64,000 nt of DNA from Candidatus Latescibacterota bacterium (GCA_965116875.1 OZ220733.1:352001-416000); one strand, 5' to 3'. Shown: positions 46,755 through 57,419, counted from the first letter of the stretch. Notes: generated by a model from the sequence alone, not told the origin. Made by a program: numbers and translations.

Positions 46755-49736
46755 TCAGGTCTCCGCACCTGCCCAGCCGGAATTCAATATCGTGACCGTT
46801 TCGGACGGAATCGCAGGATAGTCCCGCACGGTTATTGCGTCTTCCGTGGCCGATTCAATCTCGAAACCCGTTTGAGGCGCTTCACCGGCAAGCAGATAGG
46901 AACCTGCGATGCTTCCGGGATCGGGCACTGGCTCCGCAAGAAGGAATGTTCGGCCGCTCACGGACCGAACCTTCAGCGTCGTACTTGCCGCCCGCAGCGA
47001 GATTGACAGATCGCCGCAGTTCAACTCCGTTCCGTTCAACAGATACGCCCGCACGGCGCGACCCTGCTCGTCCACCGATGCGAATCCGAATCGACCCGAC
47101 AGACGTACCGGACCATACTGGCGCTGTTCCTGGTCCATCGAAGAAATGATGTAATCGGTTCGGCTGGCGAAATTGACCTCTATGGCCACTGCGCCGGACT
47201 CCGGGTCGTCTTCAATCAGACGCGCACTGACAACCGGCGAGCTTCCGTCTATGAAAGGTACGATTATCGCGGCGAATTGGCTTGAGAGCGGCATCCCGTC
47301 GTCAGCAGCGCTGTTTTCCGCCAATACGTGTCCGATGGACGGCTGTTTCAATTCTTCCGTTGTGAATATCCGCCAGCCCGGTGCATCGGCGATCACCATT
47401 CGCTGCGGCGTGTTGAGCACCATCAAGTCCAGATTCACGCCGCGATGTTGCCACGTAAACGTCACGGGTTTCTCAGGCGAAACCCCCCGCGGATTCTCAA
47501 GCCACTCGGCCCAGACATCCGAGAGTCTTCCCGAATCGTACGTGGAAAGATCGGGCACGCCGCCCGCGAGCGCTCCGTTGCAGTGAAAGCCGTACTGATG
47601 GGTTCGCCCACCTCTGACCCGGAAAATGTCAACGACATAACTCCCGTCTTCCGGCGCATCCACCAGAGCGCAGACACGCTGGTAGACGTCGCACTGCGGA
47701 TAGACGTTTACGCCCGATGCCTGCACCACCTCGATACCCGGCGCCAAACCGAAGAGCTCCAGATTGGACCCGCACTCGCTTCGCCCCTGGTCTTCTTCGT
47801 CGACAACCACCAGATTGTGAGAAAGCGTGCTCCGCATCCATCTCTGTCCGCTCCTGCCGTCGGGGAGGCGCTGATCGCTGCCGGAAAAATACCCGCGATC
47901 CGATACCATTTCCTCTCCGTTCGCGTACAGGCTCAAACTCAATACATCCTGATGACGATGACCCGTCTGCACCGTCCACTGATGTTCATTGCCGTTCAGA
48001 TAAAGGGCGGTGTCGTTCGCATCCCGACCGCCGCGCAATACCCCGACATGCCATCCCGGAAACCACTCGGAACGCAGCGGCAACTCGGCCGCGGCCGCGC
48101 GAAGATCGGAGGGACGATACCACAACGCAAATTCGCTCCCCTTCCTGGACAATTCCTCACCCTGTACAACCTCCAGCAACCCGGCGTACGGGCCGCCAAC
48201 ATGGGCTGCCAGTATTTCGACGGAAAGAAGGTCGGCCCCGGCAGCGTATTGCGTATCTCCAATCACAGGCATCCGGTTTCCCGGGGCCAGCGATCTGACC
48301 AGTGACACCAGCGAATCATGGAAACGACCGCTGGAGAACATGTCCAGTGAATCGATCCGCTCTCCTTCATCGGGTACGTAACCGGGCGGGTCGCTGTATC
48401 CATGCAGCAGGTCGGCCAGTTCGTGCACGTTTGAAAGGTTGTGGGCCGAATAGGACGGACATTCGGCGTAGAATCCATCGTGGTGGTAGCGCTCATCCAG
48501 CATCCGGTGGAAGCCGTCCAGCGCGCGACGGACGCGGTCCGGCCGCCCGAAGAGCATCCCTGCGCCGGCGCTCAATACGAAGACGGTCGTGCCCTTGTTG
48601 GAGAGTGAGTTCCAGTGTTCCATATCTGCACACCCGGCCAGGATCAAGTCATCCACGATGCGGCGCTCCGTGACTTCATCCAGAACGCGGCGACCGCCCG
48701 GATACGCGGCTTCGCGAATCAGGTCATACGCGACGAGCATTGAGAAGAGCGGACCGGCGTCGCTTCCTTTCCCGTGTACGCGCAGGCGCCCCGCGCCCCA
48801 GAATCCGTTGTTCAGCGTGGAATGCGTTTCATACTGATGCAAGCCGTACGCGTGCCGTATCGCACCCGGTGGAAAGCGCCCGCCCGCCGGACCACCCGCC
48901 AACTCCTCCCCGCCCATATTGGCCGCCACTTCCGCGGGCGGCAGATCCGCGATACTGCCATCGTACGAATGGTAGAGGTAATTCGGATAGACACGAGCGA
49001 ATCGGTCCAGAATCCAGGCCACCCGTTCAGCGTACCTCGCCTCGCCTGAAACCGCGTACAACTTCGCCAGCGTCAACGCCTGATCCGTTGCCCAGCCCAC
49101 TTTGCAATCTCGAATATGCCCGGTGAAACTCGTCATCGTTGGACGTTCACCGAGCCACTTGAGCGCATGTTTCTCCCTGTTTTCGGGGTCGGCCACTTCT
49201 CCAGGCGTCTGGTAATACGTAAACCGCTGCCCCATACGGGGACATTCCAGAACGCCGGTTTCAGGATACCGCGCATTCGGGTAAACCGTCCCGCAGACAC
49301 TGCACGAGATTTCATCAGGACGCTCTATGGTCCAGTTGAACCGCCCGCCACCCATCAGCGACAGCTTCCCCACGCAGTGGGGGCAGTTCTGGCCATAATG
49401 GGTTCCGGGCGTCAACTCCGGAATCAGCACATCGAAAAACCCGCGGTCCTGCCGCATCGCCAGCGCGACGTCTCTCTCCCACCCCTCCACGACTCCCTTC
49501 GCCCAATCGTAGCGCGCCACGTTTCGGCGAGCATTTTCAATATCCGCGGATTTGTACGACGTCCGGGGACCGGCGCACGCGCTTCTGGATGCCGCCAGCA
49601 GTATCGCGGGAAGGATGAACAGGAACACGAGAATGTGGATTCTCAAGAACCACAAGTCGATCATCGCCGACTGCATGCCCGGTATCGCAACTGCCCATGC
49701 CATCGACCCCAGACCTGAGAGATTCAACTGCCACAT
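46755..49736 (-). CDS. Heparinase II/III-like protein with signal/TM segment
   Basis: CPHC and CSVC motifs, DGFYAE..SY, GHRHQD.L, SDRGY, SHNLVVVD and YVVDIFRV.GG..H; AGGAGG RBS. Confidence 0.8.
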   Translation of the reverse strand: MWQLNLSGLGSMAWAVAIPGMQSAMIDLWFLRIHILVFLFILPAILLAASRSACAGPRTSYKSADIENARRNVARYDWAKGVVEGWERDVALAMRQDRGFFDVLIPELTPGTHYGQNCPHCVGKLSLMGGGRFNWTIERPDEISCSVCGTVYPNARYPETGVLECPRMGQRFTYYQTPGEVADPENREKHALKWLGERPTMTSFTGHIRDCKVGWATDQALTLAKLYAVSGEARYAERVAWILDRFARVYPNYLYHSYDGSIADLPPAEVAANMGGEELAGGPAGGRFPPGAIRHAYGLHQYETHSTLNNGFWGAGRLRVHGKGSDAGPLFSMLVAYDLIREAAYPGGRRVLDEVTERRIVDDLILAGCADMEHWNSLSNKGTTVFVLSAGAGMLFGRPDRVRRALDGFHRMLDERYHHDGFYAECPSYSAHNLSNVHELADLLHGYSDPPGYVPDEGERIDSLDMFSSGRFHDSLVSLVRSLAPGNRMPVIGDTQYAAGADLLSVEILAAHVGGPYAGLLEVVQGEELSRKGSEFALWYRPSDLRAAAAELPLRSEWFPGWHVGVLRGGRDANDTALYLNGNEHQWTVQTGHRHQDVLSLSLYANGEEMVSDRGYFSGSDQRLPDGRSGQRWMRSTLSHNLVVVDEEDQGRSECGSNLELFGLAPGIEVVQASGVNVYPQCDVYQRVCALVDAPEDGSYVVDIFRVRGGRTHQYGFHCNGALAGGVPDLSTYDSGRLSDVWAEWLENPRGVSPEKPVTFTWQHRGVNLDLMVLNTPQRMVIADAPGWRIFTTEELKQPSIGHVLAENSAADDGMPLSSQFAAIIVPFIDGSSPVVSARLIEDDPESGAVAIEVNFASRTDYIISSMDQEQRQYGPVRLSGRFGFASVDEQGRAVRAYLLNGTELNCGDLSISLRAASTTLKVRSVSGRTFLLAEPVPDPGSIAGSYLLAGEAPQTGFEIESATEDAITVRDYPAIPSETVTILNSGWAGAET

Positions 49737-49747
49737 GACAATTCCTC

Positions 49748-50617
49748 CTATGCGTTGCGGCCGTAGAGCGTGTCCGCCGTCTTTCCCAATATCCAGGCCC
49801 TGTCATCGTCAGCAAGAAAATCCATTGCTTCTTCGATCACGCGGAAGCCAACGGCCTCGCCTCGCTGGGGGTCTTCGGGAAATCCCGTACATCCCAGCAT
49901 CCGTCGGGACCCGAAAGCCTCGTAAACGGCCTTGACGTAAGGATGAACGTCCTCGTGCGGCCACGATTGCGTGGAAATCCCGTCGATCCTCGTGGCCTTC
50001 ACATAGAGATTCGGATACTTCGCGGCCTGAAGCAGGTGGCGAAAACTCCCGCCCGGACCTTCCGAAAGTACGGGCTCCCCCAGGTGATCCACGATCACGT
50101 TTACCTCGGGGAATCGGTCCAGCATCGGTTCAAGCAACGGAATCTGATGGCAGCGACCGAACCATGTGAACGGGACCCCCAGCCTCCTCGCGGTTTCCCA
50201 GAGCGCCGTCTGATCGTCACGAGACAACCACGAGGCGTCCGCATCCTTGATTGGATACAGCCGCATCCCCTGCACCCCGTGCTCGCCGTGGAGCCGTTCC
50301 AGCTTCCCGGCCGCGCCCGGACGTACGGGGTCGATCAGCGCCACGCCGTGCAGGCGATCGGGAAACCGCCGCATGCAGTCGCACATGTAACTGTTGTCGT
50401 ACCCGTGATACATGCATTGAATCAGCACCGTCCGGTCAATATTGTTCTGGTCCATATACCGTATGAGATCCTCGACCAGTCCCGGATATTCCGGCCGATG
50501 GGTCGACATGTCATTGTTGTGAACAAAAGGCGGCGTACCCATCGTCCACACGTGCACGTGAGAGTCGATTCGCACAGGTTCCTCCATTCTGAAAGCGGGC
50601 CCCGTCATCTTCTTCAT
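49748..50617 (-). CDS. Amidohydrolase family protein (Amidohydro_2)
   Basis: IDSHVHVW, GYDNSY, VDHLG and PNLYVK motifs; start uncertain. Confidence 0.88.
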   Translation of the reverse strand: MKKMTGPAFRMEEPVRIDSHVHVWTMGTPPFVHNNDMSTHRPEYPGLVEDLIRYMDQNNIDRTVLIQCMYHGYDNSYMCDCMRRFPDRLHGVALIDPVRPGAAGKLERLHGEHGVQGMRLYPIKDADASWLSRDDQTALWETARRLGVPFTWFGRCHQIPLLEPMLDRFPEVNVIVDHLGEPVLSEGPGGSFRHLLQAAKYPNLYVKATRIDGISTQSWPHEDVHPYVKAVYEAFGSRRMLGCTGFPEDPQRGEAVGFRVIEEAMDFLADDDRAWILGKTADTLYGRNA

Positions 50618-51522
50618 CGCGAGTTCTCAAGAACAAGGGAGCACAATGCATCCAGGGTGATCCCTTCCGGGAGCATCCCCGTCCGTGCGCAGGTGTCCTG
50701 GATCGTACCGAGTATCAGCTCGAGATTCAGCCGCGCCGGATGTTCGGGATCGAGGTACTCCTGATCATTGTGGCTGTCCGTTACAATAACAGGAAACCTG
50801 GGCTCGTCAACCCGGAAACGACCCAGCACGTTTTCAATTACGGCACGGTGGTCGTACGGATGAGGAACGTAGGACCATTCGAAGCCGCGCTCGCCAGCGT
50901 GCCCCCGGCGAACCGGTCGGCCGAAAGCCACGGACACCGGCACATTGATGAAATCGCCTTCTCCTTCGATCAGGCGACATTTACGATGGGCCCGGTGGGG
51001 ATAGGGTTCGGCTCCCGCCCATACGCTGTGGTGTCCGGGGAGGACCCGCCCCGGGTTGGACAGGCTGCCCCCGGCGAATCCCAGGTCTTCCAGCACGCCC
51101 GCCGTCTCGTCACTAGCCGAGAAGTAGCCGGCCCTGAAACAGCTGGGCGGACGGCCGATCGCGGATTCCCAGACCTGCATCGCGTCGCTGATGATCCGTA
51201 TCTGTTCTCCGGCTGAATACGCCCCGAGGTCGTACCTGTATTCCCGGTGCCTGAGCTTGTACGGGTGGACATGCAGCCCCAGACATGCGCCGCGGTCCTG
51301 CAAATCCAGGAGCAGGTCTCCGTTCTCAACAGCCACCTCGGGATGCGCAAGAAACGTGACGGGATATCCACACGTTGCCGCCGTCTCCGCATATCCGCGG
51401 ATGGAACGCCCACTCTCCCCATAGTCCGCCGGACCGCTACCGGACATCCGCATTGCAAAGGGCGCCAGGTCTGAACGTGCGGTCTCGCAGTCCATCGTCA
51501 GCAGCACGTAGACCGTCCTCAA
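50614..51522 (-). CDS. Polysaccharide deacetylase-like protein
   Basis: LTMDCE, PVTFL, LGLHVHP and FRAGYFS motifs; TTG start. Confidence 0.7.
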   Translation of the reverse strand: MRTVYVLLTMDCETARSDLAPFAMRMSGSGPADYGESGRSIRGYAETAATCGYPVTFLAHPEVAVENGDLLLDLQDRGACLGLHVHPYKLRHREYRYDLGAYSAGEQIRIISDAMQVWESAIGRPPSCFRAGYFSASDETAGVLEDLGFAGGSLSNPGRVLPGHHSVWAGAEPYPHRAHRKCRLIEGEGDFINVPVSVAFGRPVRRGHAGERGFEWSYVPHPYDHRAVIENVLGRFRVDEPRFPVIVTDSHNDQEYLDPEHPARLNLELILGTIQDTCARTGMLPEGITLDALCSLVLENSR

Positions 51523-51585
51523 GTCGCACCTCGGCCCAACGCGACACGACTGTTGTCCCTCCTGCGCGGCAAAAATTGCCTGCCC

Positions 51586-52455
51586 CTATCCGCGCCAGTC
51601 CATGTTGATGCTGGTATAGCCATGTGTATATTTCGTGAGACGGTGCGGCAAGTTCTCGAGAAACCATCGTCCGGATTGCGGAATCTCCCATGGAACATCG
51701 ATTCTGTGCCCGCGGTCTCTGAATCCGATGGCACAGGACAGCCTCGGCGCCTGCAGCCGGTTCGGAAACGCGCCATGGTACGTCCGGTGGGCGAATACGA
51801 TCATATCACCGCCCTGCGTGAACAGCGGCACAAGTCCGGGAATATCAAAGCCGGCATACGGTCGCTCTTCCTCGCCATCGGGATAGAACGACCGCCTGTC
51901 CGCCGTCATGCTGAACCCCTCCGGCCCCTCCCAATCTTCCACGTGAGAATCTTCGATGACGCACAAGCCGCCGTGAACCGGGCGGGATCCCGTCAGGTAG
52001 AACCACTTGCCCGACGGCCAGAGGCCGCGGTTCAGTACATCGCCTGAATTCCTGATCTCCGTCGAATACCCGCACCAATCCGTATGCCACGACACCGGTT
52101 GGGACCCCGGCATCCGGATGATCGCGGCCGAACGATGTACGGTCAGCTCTTCAGCGCCGATCAGGTGACGATGGATATCCATGAACGGCCCATACTCCAG
52201 CAGCGACCATGCTCCCGGCCCGGATTCAATCCACGCGTGGCGCGTACGGCTCTGACCCGCCGCAAGCTCACCGTCCGGATCGGTTCCGTCCCACACCGCC
52301 TGATTGAGCTTCTCGACCCATTCCGGCGGCAGCACGTCTTTGATCACTGCAAACCCATGCGCCTCCAGGCATTCGCTCATCTCATCCAGTTCTTGAATGG
52401 CAAACTCGTACCGGTATCCGGTATCAGGCTTCTCGACGTGTGAATAATCTTCCAT
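51586..52455 (-). CDS. PhyH-family Fe(II)/2OG dioxygenase with canonical HxD motif
   Basis: HGFAVI, WHTD, GGLCVIEDSH and GDMIVF...YHG...R motifs. Confidence 0.88.
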   Translation of the reverse strand: MEDYSHVEKPDTGYRYEFAIQELDEMSECLEAHGFAVIKDVLPPEWVEKLNQAVWDGTDPDGELAAGQSRTRHAWIESGPGAWSLLEYGPFMDIHRHLIGAEELTVHRSAAIIRMPGSQPVSWHTDWCGYSTEIRNSGDVLNRGLWPSGKWFYLTGSRPVHGGLCVIEDSHVEDWEGPEGFSMTADRRSFYPDGEEERPYAGFDIPGLVPLFTQGGDMIVFAHRTYHGAFPNRLQAPRLSCAIGFRDRGHRIDVPWEIPQSGRWFLENLPHRLTKYTHGYTSINMDWRG

Positions 52456-52589
52456 CGTTTCCTCCGAATAACCATGACGCCAGGCTTGTCTGCGACCGGC
52501 CCTTCATGCCGTCGCGGGTACCGGGACAACGCACATCCGCCGCGCCGCGAGGGCATCTCGACGGATCGAGAGACCGGACTGACAGCCAC

Positions 52590-53399
52590 TCAATCCTCAG
52601 CGGTGGTTCGCATCATCGGATCCCCCGAACTCAGAAAGTGGTCCAGGGTATTCCGGGTTGCAGGCCGGGTACGGAAATCGGCAATCCACGGCTCGCGAAA
52701 CCAGGCCCGCTTCTCACGCGTCAGACTGTTCAGAACAACGGGAGGCACATTCAGCCGGTGCCAGTGCGTTGCCAGGTGCGAATAGGCGTGCAACACGGCG
52801 ATACGCGGTGTATCTCGGGTCCACTCGGGTCCCACGTGGCACACGTTCTCGGTGAAAAATACGGCGCTGCCGGCCGGACACGCATATCCCATCAGGAACG
52901 GGCTTCGCTTTCCCGGCTCCATGGACAGGTGATCCGGATGCATGTCAAAATTCGCCTTATGGCTGCCGACGATGAAATGCGTGCCCCCGTCCTCCGGCCG
53001 CACTTCCGCCAGCTCGAAGACCACGCGTACCATCCCCGCGTGAATCCGCCCGTTCTGACACCTGTATCCGAATATCGGATCGATCTGGCCGGGTCCGCCG
53101 CCGTGGAGCCCCCCGCCGTGGGACTCCCCCTTCTTTCGCCAGACGCAGTAACAGCCTTCCATCCGGACCTCGGGCCCGATGATCTCGTGCAGCACCTCCA
53201 CGACTTTCGGGTGATCGATCAGTACGCTCGACGGACCTCCCGGAACCGTACGATGTTCCGGCGGCAGTGCGCCCGGATCGTGCACGATGCGATCGATCTG
53301 CTTCACAATGGAATCAATCTCATCCTGACTCAGAATGGCGGGGCGCACCAGAAAGCCCGTCAGATCAAACCTGAACTTCTCTTCGTCCGTCATGCCCAT
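52590..53399 (-). CDS. PhyH-family Fe(II)/2OG enzyme with HxG motif
   Basis: FDLTGFLV, LHGGG, DGGTHFIVGSHK and AGSAVFFTENVCH...R motifs. Confidence 0.88.
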   Translation of the reverse strand: MGMTDEEKFRFDLTGFLVRPAILSQDEIDSIVKQIDRIVHDPGALPPEHRTVPGGPSSVLIDHPKVVEVLHEIIGPEVRMEGCYCVWRKKGESHGGGLHGGGPGQIDPIFGYRCQNGRIHAGMVRVVFELAEVRPEDGGTHFIVGSHKANFDMHPDHLSMEPGKRSPFLMGYACPAGSAVFFTENVCHVGPEWTRDTPRIAVLHAYSHLATHWHRLNVPPVVLNSLTREKRAWFREPWIADFRTRPATRNTLDHFLSSGDPMMRTTAED

Positions 53400-53591
53400 C
53401 TCGAATCCTCCGCGGTCCGGTTCGCTGTTTGCTCTGCCTACCGCAATATATGCAACCGTGTTTCACGCACAAACTCCCTTCGAACGGCCCCCGCACGGAT
53501 CCGGATAATCCTTTCCGTGAAACACGCAAGTGTTATCTTTTCGCTTACGGTAAACCCGGGGAATGCGCTCAGGCACAAAGGAGGAGGCGGG

Positions 53592-56111
53592 ATGCGAGAA
53601 TCCGAAAAGCAGCGATGGATCCACCCGGCCGGATTCGTGGACAGGGCAACTCTTGAAGAGATCAAGCAGAAGGTCCGACGCCACGACTGGGCAAAGAAGG
53701 CCGTGGACGAACTGCGCGCGAGCGTGCAGCCGTGGCTCGAGCAGCCGCTCGAACGAATCGAAACGCTGATGCCGAAACGGAAGATGCAGGTTTACTGGCT
53801 GATGATCTGTCCGGTCTGCCAGGAGAGGCTAAGGTTCGAACCGTTCAACGACCGTAAAGCCACGTGCCACCGGTGCGACATTGCCCACGCACTGAATCAG
53901 CAGTCCACGGCGGTACATCTTACGGGAAAATATTCCGGGACCCTTTACGAAGGCTGGGGCTGCTCCTACGTCCAGGGGATGGCAACCGCGGCCCAAACCC
54001 TCGCACTGTTGCATGCACTGGGCGCGGACCGCTCGTACGCCGAAAGGAGCGCGGGCATTCTGAATCTGTTTGCGAAACACATTCAAACCCTGCCCGTGCA
54101 GGGGAGCGGTACCCAGCATGTGATCTGGACCTACAACATGGAGGGCGACTGCGTCATCGTTCTTGCGCTGTCGGAAGCATATGAACTGCTCCGGTTGGAG
54201 GAAGGCCTCTTCACCGCCGAAGAACACCTGCGGATCCGGCAGGACCTGCTCCGGCACTGGGCGGACGCGGTCTTCCGGGTCGAAGAGGACAGCAGCCCGC
54301 GTCACAACGGCATGTTCGCCTATCTCAGTTCGGTCGCCATGGTCGGGTGCGCGATCGAGGACGCGGATTACGTGGACTGGGCCTTCGGCCACCGGGACTA
54401 CGCTTCCGACCAACGCCCAAACCACTGCGGCATCCGCTGGCTGACGCGCAACAACTATCTGGCGGACGGGGGATTCTGGGGCCTGTGCAGCGCGTACCAT
54501 CTGTATGCCCTGGGTCCGAACTGTCGTGCGCTCGTACTCGGCCACAGGCTCTCGCGCCAGATGCCGCACCTGTTCCCGCCGCAAATCTACGACGAACTGG
54601 ACCCCGGGAACAGCAGTTACCGAGCCGTGCGCCGCGCCATCAAATGGTTTACCGCCCAGACGTTTCCGGACCTGTCCGCAGCGCCGACCGGAGATATGGG
54701 CGGGCGCGCCAGCCTCGCCAGCTATCCGCTGACGGCCGAAATCGGATATCGCTACCTGGACATCGACGAAACGGGCTCGTACCGCGTACTTCGAGAGGGG
54801 GACAGAGGACTGACGGGACTCCTGTTCGGCGCAGAAGTCGTCGCAGAAAAACCGGCGCCGTACCTGAGCGCCAATCTCTCCAGCGGGTACGTGGCATTGA
54901 AACGGGAAGCCGGCGGCAACCGCCTGTACGCCGGACTGAACGCGCTTCTGCCGGGCTCCGGACACGCGCACGCGGACCGGATGAATCTGATCACGTATTC
55001 ATACGGCCGGATGCTCACCGGCGAGAAGCGCACCCGTTACGAAGACCCCGATCAGCGCATCTACAGCGGCGCTTCATACGCCCACAATACGGTTACCGTC
55101 GACGAAGTATCGCAGGTTCACGGAGACCGGTTGCGGAGTGAACAGATCCCGCGCATCCACACATTCGTCGATCTCCCCGCGGGTCAGGTGGCCGAAGCCC
55201 ACGGCGACCGGGTGTATGAACAGACCGACGTCTACCGTCGCATCCTGATCCAGTTCGACGCATACCTGCTGGATATCTTCCGTGTTCGGGGCGGGAATAC
55301 ACACGATTGGTTCTATCACGGCATCGGAGAGGAGCCGGAGATCGGCCTTGCAATGAAGGAGAAAACCGGATTCGTACCCGCCGATTACGTCACGCGGGGC
55401 CAATCGGAATATCGTGAGGGGCTTGCACAGGAGACGTTCAAGGCAACATGGCGGGTTCCCGCGGAACCTGATTCAGGAAGCCGCGCCAGCCGGAAAGACG
55501 CATTTAACGAGGTGACGGTGTCCGGTTCGCCCGAGCAGACTGCCGTTCTCCTGGACACCTATCCCGATCCGGGAAGGCACAGTCTGATGGTTCGCCATCG
55601 GAACTCAGACGCACCCTTTGTGGCCGTCCACGAGGCATACCTCGAAAAACCGGTTGTCTCTAACGTGCGGACGCTTCCGGGAGATGCCGCCGCGGCTGTC
55701 CATATCGCACACGCCGACGGCGGCAGCAGACAGGCGATTTACGAGAGCGGATCGGGGCCGGACGGTCTGATGCTGGCCGGGCGGTTTGCATCGGTTTCCC
55801 GCAATGCGTGCGGGCAGCCCTGCAGCATCATCCTGGTCCACGCAACGGAATTCAATTGCAGCGGAATCCGCATCCGGTCGGCGCGGCCGGTGACGCTGTC
55901 GGCGGTTTTCGCGGATGAATCGATCCGAATGGTCTCCTGTCCTCCGGTGGCCTACCAGACGGTGGAAGGCCTGCCCGAATACAATACCGGTCCTGATGTC
56001 GACGTTTGCATCGAATTCGGAACGGACGGAAAGCGCGCAGGCAGGAAATTAGAAGCCCGTTTGCCGGGACAGACCGGGACCGGGCCCGTCCCAATCGAGC
56101 TGTTGCGTTAA
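53592..56111 (+). CDS. Heparinase II/III-like protein without signal peptide
   Basis: True start ATG 53592 (GGAGG RBS); CPVC and CHRC motifs, DGGFW, GHAHADRM, AHNTVTVD and YRR...YLLDIFRV.GG..HDW. Confidence 0.8.
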   Translation: MRESEKQRWIHPAGFVDRATLEEIKQKVRRHDWAKKAVDELRASVQPWLEQPLERIETLMPKRKMQVYWLMICPVCQERLRFEPFNDRKATCHRCDIAHALNQQSTAVHLTGKYSGTLYEGWGCSYVQGMATAAQTLALLHALGADRSYAERSAGILNLFAKHIQTLPVQGSGTQHVIWTYNMEGDCVIVLALSEAYELLRLEEGLFTAEEHLRIRQDLLRHWADAVFRVEEDSSPRHNGMFAYLSSVAMVGCAIEDADYVDWAFGHRDYASDQRPNHCGIRWLTRNNYLADGGFWGLCSAYHLYALGPNCRALVLGHRLSRQMPHLFPPQIYDELDPGNSSYRAVRRAIKWFTAQTFPDLSAAPTGDMGGRASLASYPLTAEIGYRYLDIDETGSYRVLREGDRGLTGLLFGAEVVAEKPAPYLSANLSSGYVALKREAGGNRLYAGLNALLPGSGHAHADRMNLITYSYGRMLTGEKRTRYEDPDQRIYSGASYAHNTVTVDEVSQVHGDRLRSEQIPRIHTFVDLPAGQVAEAHGDRVYEQTDVYRRILIQFDAYLLDIFRVRGGNTHDWFYHGIGEEPEIGLAMKEKTGFVPADYVTRGQSEYREGLAQETFKATWRVPAEPDSGSRASRKDAFNEVTVSGSPEQTAVLLDTYPDPGRHSLMVRHRNSDAPFVAVHEAYLEKPVVSNVRTLPGDAAAAVHIAHADGGSRQAIYESGSGPDGLMLAGRFASVSRNACGQPCSIILVHATEFNCSGIRIRSARPVTLSAVFADESIRMVSCPPVAYQTVEGLPEYNTGPDVDVCIEFGTDGKRAGRKLEARLPGQTGTGPVPIELLR

Positions 56112-56182
56112 CAGGCGACCGTAGATGAGAGACCCGTCGGGAAGGGCCGATACCGGCGACGCCGGGCAGAACGAAGGGGCAG

Positions 56183-57157
56183 TCACTTCCGCTTTCCACC
56201 GGCGTCCGCAATTTTCGGACTTCCCGGCCCCACGGCATTCCGCACCGAGAAGTAATCTTCCCGGGACAGGCGCTTTCCCCCCGCTCCGACGGCTTCGGCA
56301 ATCTGCCTGGGCGTCTTGATTCCACAGATCGCCACGTGGATCGCCGGATGCATCAGGGTGGCGGACAACACCAGCTGGTAAATCGACAGTTCGTTGCGTT
56401 CCGCGATCGGCTTCAGGCTCTGCACCTTCGCACACAATTCCCGGAACCGGTCTCCCTGAAAATCGGGATGATTCATCCGGAAATCGTCGAACGTCTCCCT
56501 TCCGGTGTATTTCCCGCTCAGCAGCCCCTTGTGCATGGGCGAATAGATCATCACGCCGACGTTCTCGGATTGGCACCAGGGCAAGAGATCGTTCTCTCCG
56601 GCCGGTTCGATCAGGCTGTACGGAGGCTGGATTACGTCGTACCTGCCGAAACGGCGCTGCGCCCGGCATTGTTCCACCGTATGGTTGCTGAGCCCATAAC
56701 ACCGGATTTTTCCCTGATCCCGAAGTCTTTCCAGGGTTCCGGCGATATCGGAAAGCGGCGTCAGCGGGTCGTACATGTGCAGCAGGTACAGGTCGATTGT
56801 CTCAACCCCCATCCTTTCGAGTGACACGTCGCATCGCGCTGTGATGTGTTCTGGCGAAAGATCGGGATACCGGGAGCCGTCGGGATTGAAATGGTTGAAC
56901 ACCTTGGTTGCCAGCACGAGTTCGTCCCTCGGCAGGTCCCGTACGACCTCACCCAGGACCTTCTCGGCATAGCCATCGCCGTAGGCTTCCGCCGTATCGA
57001 AAAAGTTGATCCCGTGATCGAACGCGAACTTCATCGCGGCCATCGCATCGTCCTTCGACTGCGGCCCCCAGAATCGGGGACTGAGCTGCCATGTGCCTAC
57101 GGCGATCGGAGATACCGACAGGCCGCTATTCCCAAGCGCGACACGGTCCATTTGCAA
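56183..57157 (-). CDS. Aldo/keto reductase
   Basis: GINFFDTAEAYG.G, LATK, IDLYLLH, GLSN and YSPM.KGLLSGKY motifs. Confidence 0.94.
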   Translation of the reverse strand: MQMDRVALGNSGLSVSPIAVGTWQLSPRFWGPQSKDDAMAAMKFAFDHGINFFDTAEAYGDGYAEKVLGEVVRDLPRDELVLATKVFNHFNPDGSRYPDLSPEHITARCDVSLERMGVETIDLYLLHMYDPLTPLSDIAGTLERLRDQGKIRCYGLSNHTVEQCRAQRRFGRYDVIQPPYSLIEPAGENDLLPWCQSENVGVMIYSPMHKGLLSGKYTGRETFDDFRMNHPDFQGDRFRELCAKVQSLKPIAERNELSIYQLVLSATLMHPAIHVAICGIKTPRQIAEAVGAGGKRLSREDYFSVRNAVGPGSPKIADAGGKRK

Positions 57158-57419
57158 CTCCTCCCATGGTCAACACTAGTTCTGGTTCTTCGACGCGAAA
57201 CCGGCGCAGAGCAGGTCACACCATTTGACCTTGATTCGTAAGTCTTCGTGGACGTTAAATCGAATATGTGCAAGTTAATAAAGGCGATTCAACTGCGGAT
57301 ACCCAGGATGAACCCGGCCACTGGACGTGAACGGAAAAACTGTCCTTCCTAACGACGTTTACGCCCCGTTTCGGAGGGCTTTGTCACGACACCCGGTTGC
57401 AGTTTTTTTCGAATTGGGG

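Noticed and set aside
52440-53591. N-terminal 384 aa of the 1223-aa ORF, an apparent giant fusion
   Set aside because: It is the antisense frame of the PhyH gene at 52590-53399; the real start is ATG 53592 with a GGAGG RBS.
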